A stretch of DNA of 8,017 nt, from the IMG/VR virus record IMGVR_UViG_2585427792_000006; one strand, given 5' to 3'. The notes beneath the pieces were generated by a model, which was given only the letters and a program-made list of their open reading frames with translations, ran no database searches and was not told the origin of the DNA. Below are positions 7,018 to 8,017 of this stretch, in pieces. The position numbers and the translations under genes are program-made. The stretch's first letter is position 1. Every line of letters begins with the position of its first letter. The DNA comes from a virus (taxonomy: Duplodnaviria; Heunggongvirae; Uroviricota; Caudoviricetes).

Positions 7018-7620
7018 TCATGGCATGGCCATGAGCATTTTCACGTCCGCATCACCGTCTTCTGACGCCTGTGACACGCCCCCCTGGACCGCAGCCGGTG
7101 AATGGTTCGCCATGAAATGTTCAAACAGGGCGGTTGTGGATGCAGAGACCGGTTCTGCCTTACCTGAGCCCGCAGCCAGCACAGCCCGGGCGCTCTCCAC
7201 GGTCATTCCCGGGCAGGCAGCCAGCTGTTCAGCCTGCGCCTCAGCCCCTTTTGCCTCATCCAGTGCCATGATCTGATCACGGAGTGATGGTCCGGCATTC
7301 GCCTGCGGTGAAGCAGCCAGGATCGGGCGGGCTTTTTCCACCGTCATCTCCGGCATCGCCGCCAGCGTTACTGCCAGTTGTTCACGACCGTTCGCTTCTT
7401 CACACGCCATAATGCGATCGGCTTCACTCTGCGCGGATGCCACCGGCTGCTGCGGTGCCGCCGCGGCCAGAATAGCCCGGGCCTGTTCAACGCTCATGCC
7501 CTGTTGCCCTGCCAGCATCGTGGCAAGCTGTTCACGTCCTTTCGCTTCCTGGCATGTCAGGATCCCCATCACTCGCTGGTTCTCCTGCACGGCGGCTTCC
7601 GTTGCAGTTAATTGCGGCAT
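7018..7620 (-). CDS. Nu3: Nested in-frame scaffolding protein (Nu3-like), 200 aa, translated from an internal start within C
   Basis: Internal ATG at 7618..7620 is preceded by the strong Shine-Dalgarno GAGGAGG (spacer CACT). The resulting 201-codon nested ORF agrees with my recollection of lambda Nu3 (about 201 codons sharing the C stop). An alternative start is the ATG at 7567..7569. Confidence 0.55.
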   Translation of the reverse strand: MPQLTATEAAVQENQRVMGILTCQEAKGREQLATMLAGQQGMSVEQARAILAAAAPQQPVASAQSEADRIMACEEANGREQLAVTLAAMPEMTVEKARPILAASPQANAGPSLRDQIMALDEAKGAEAQAEQLAACPGMTVESARAVLAAGSGKAEPVSASTTALFEHFMANHSPAAVQGGVSQASEDGDADVKMLMAMP

Positions 7621-8017
7621 AGTGCCTCCTCTGACATTACTGTTCAGCGCCGTGGCCATCACACTGATGGCATCCGACGCATTGATTAATTCATCCGCCA
7701 GCCCGGCCTCAATGCCGGACTGACCTTCAAAAACGGCGGCCTCTGTTCCCGTGACCGCATCCACAGACAACCCGGTATACATCGCCACTTTTTCGGCAAA
7801 CATCCGGTGCGCCGCATCAATCCGCTGCTGCATATCCTGGCGAACCTCTGCCGGCAACGCTTCAAACTGATTGCCATCCACCTTGTGCGCCCCGGCATAA
7901 ATCAGCGTGATATCCACACCGGCCTGCGCCAGATGACCGGCATAGCTGACATGGCTCATCATCACGCCAATGGAGCCGATACGGGATGTCTGGGTAACCA
8001 GCCGTCGGGAGCAGGCC
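7018..8017 (-). CDS. C: Head maturation protease / scaffold protein C, 5'-truncated by the window edge. The frame is open to coordinate 8017, so the GTG at 7965 in the ORF track is not the real start.
   Basis: The frame continues upstream of 7965 as ...SRRLVTQTSRIGSIGVMMSHVSYAGHLAQAGVDITLIYAGAHKVDGNQFEALP..., matching the S49/ClpP-like protease core of lambda gpC (GSIGVMMAHVSYAGHLAQAGVDITLIY...). The C-terminal part is the scaffold-like domain. Confidence 0.92.
   Translation of the reverse strand, partial: ACSRRLVTQTSRIGSIGVMMSHVSYAGHLAQAGVDITLIYAGAHKVDGNQFEALPAEVRQDMQQRIDAAHRMFAEKVAMYTGLSVDAVTGTEAAVFEGQSGIEAGLADELINASDAISVMATALNSNVRGGTMPQLTATEAAVQENQRVMGILTCQEAKGREQLATMLAGQQGMSVEQARAILAAAAPQQPVASAQSEADRIMACEEANGREQLAVTLAAMPEMTVEKARPILAASPQANAGPSLRDQIMALDEAKGAEAQAEQLAACPGMTVESARAVLAAGSGKAEPVSASTTALFEHFMANHSPAAVQGGVSQASEDGDADVKMLMAMP
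7168..7575 (-). repeat. Three diverged in-frame tandem repeats (period about 141-150 bp, 47-50 aa) inside the C/Nu3 scaffold-coding region
   Basis: Protein units: VMGILTCQEAKGREQLATMLAGQQGMSVEQARAILAAAAP / RIMACEEANGREQLAVTLAAMPEMTVEKARPILAASP / QIMALDEAKGAEAQAEQLAACPGMTVESARAVLAAGSG. The DNA units are also recognisably similar, e.g. gccagttgttcacgaccgttcgcttcttcacacgccat versus gcaagctgttcacgtcctttcgcttcctggcatgtcag on the plus strand. Confidence 0.8.

Noticed and set aside
3948-7723. Other plus-strand ORFs (3948..4430, 4042..4374, 4458..4653, 5209..5694, 5316..5621, 6047..6360, 6631..7002, 6717..6965, 7025..7276, 7378..7723)
   Set aside because: Each lies antisense to a well-supported minus-strand structural gene (U, Z, FI, E, D, C/Nu3). 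None has an intergenic location or a recognisable domain.
7963-7965. GTG at 7965 as the start of the C gene
   Set aside because: The frame stays open to the window edge at 8017 and the upstream translation (..RIGSIGVMM..) continues the protease core, so the gene is truncated by the window rather than starting here.
1-8017. Inserted cargo: a moron, defence or anti-defence system, toxin-antitoxin pair, or mobile element within the structural module
   Set aside because: Gene order is uninterrupted lambda synteny with intergenic gaps of 57 nt or less and overlapping stop and start codons, which leaves no unassigned coding space. I saw no inverted-repeat termini, integrase or transposase-like ORFs, or CRISPR-like direct repeats.

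Overview
The whole window is the late morphogenetic (head-to-tail) gene block of a lambda-like siphovirus prophage of an enterobacterial host, with every gene on the minus strand. Reading in the direction of transcription (high to low coordinates) the order is C/Nu3 (head protease/scaffold, 5' end beyond the window), D (decoration), E (major capsid), FI, FII, Z, U, V (major tail), G, G-T (frameshift fusion) and H (tape measure, 3' end beyond the window). This is the same order and packing as phage lambda; protein identifications rest on my recall of the lambda proteins, not on a database search. I see no RNA genes, CRISPR array, insertion sequence, or inserted cargo/moron/defence gene: all intergenic gaps are 57 nt or shorter and all plus-strand ORFs are antisense shadows. 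I therefore do not think this window contains a novel system. The points worth a second look are: (1) a single-base frameshift at an A5 run that splits the tape-measure gene H, (2) the conserved G-T slippery heptamer G GGA AAG, (3) a canonical intrinsic-terminator-like hairpin plus U7 between E and FI, (4) a three-fold tandem repeat of about 47-50 aa in the C/Nu3 scaffold region, and (5) a GC-rich palindrome between D and E.
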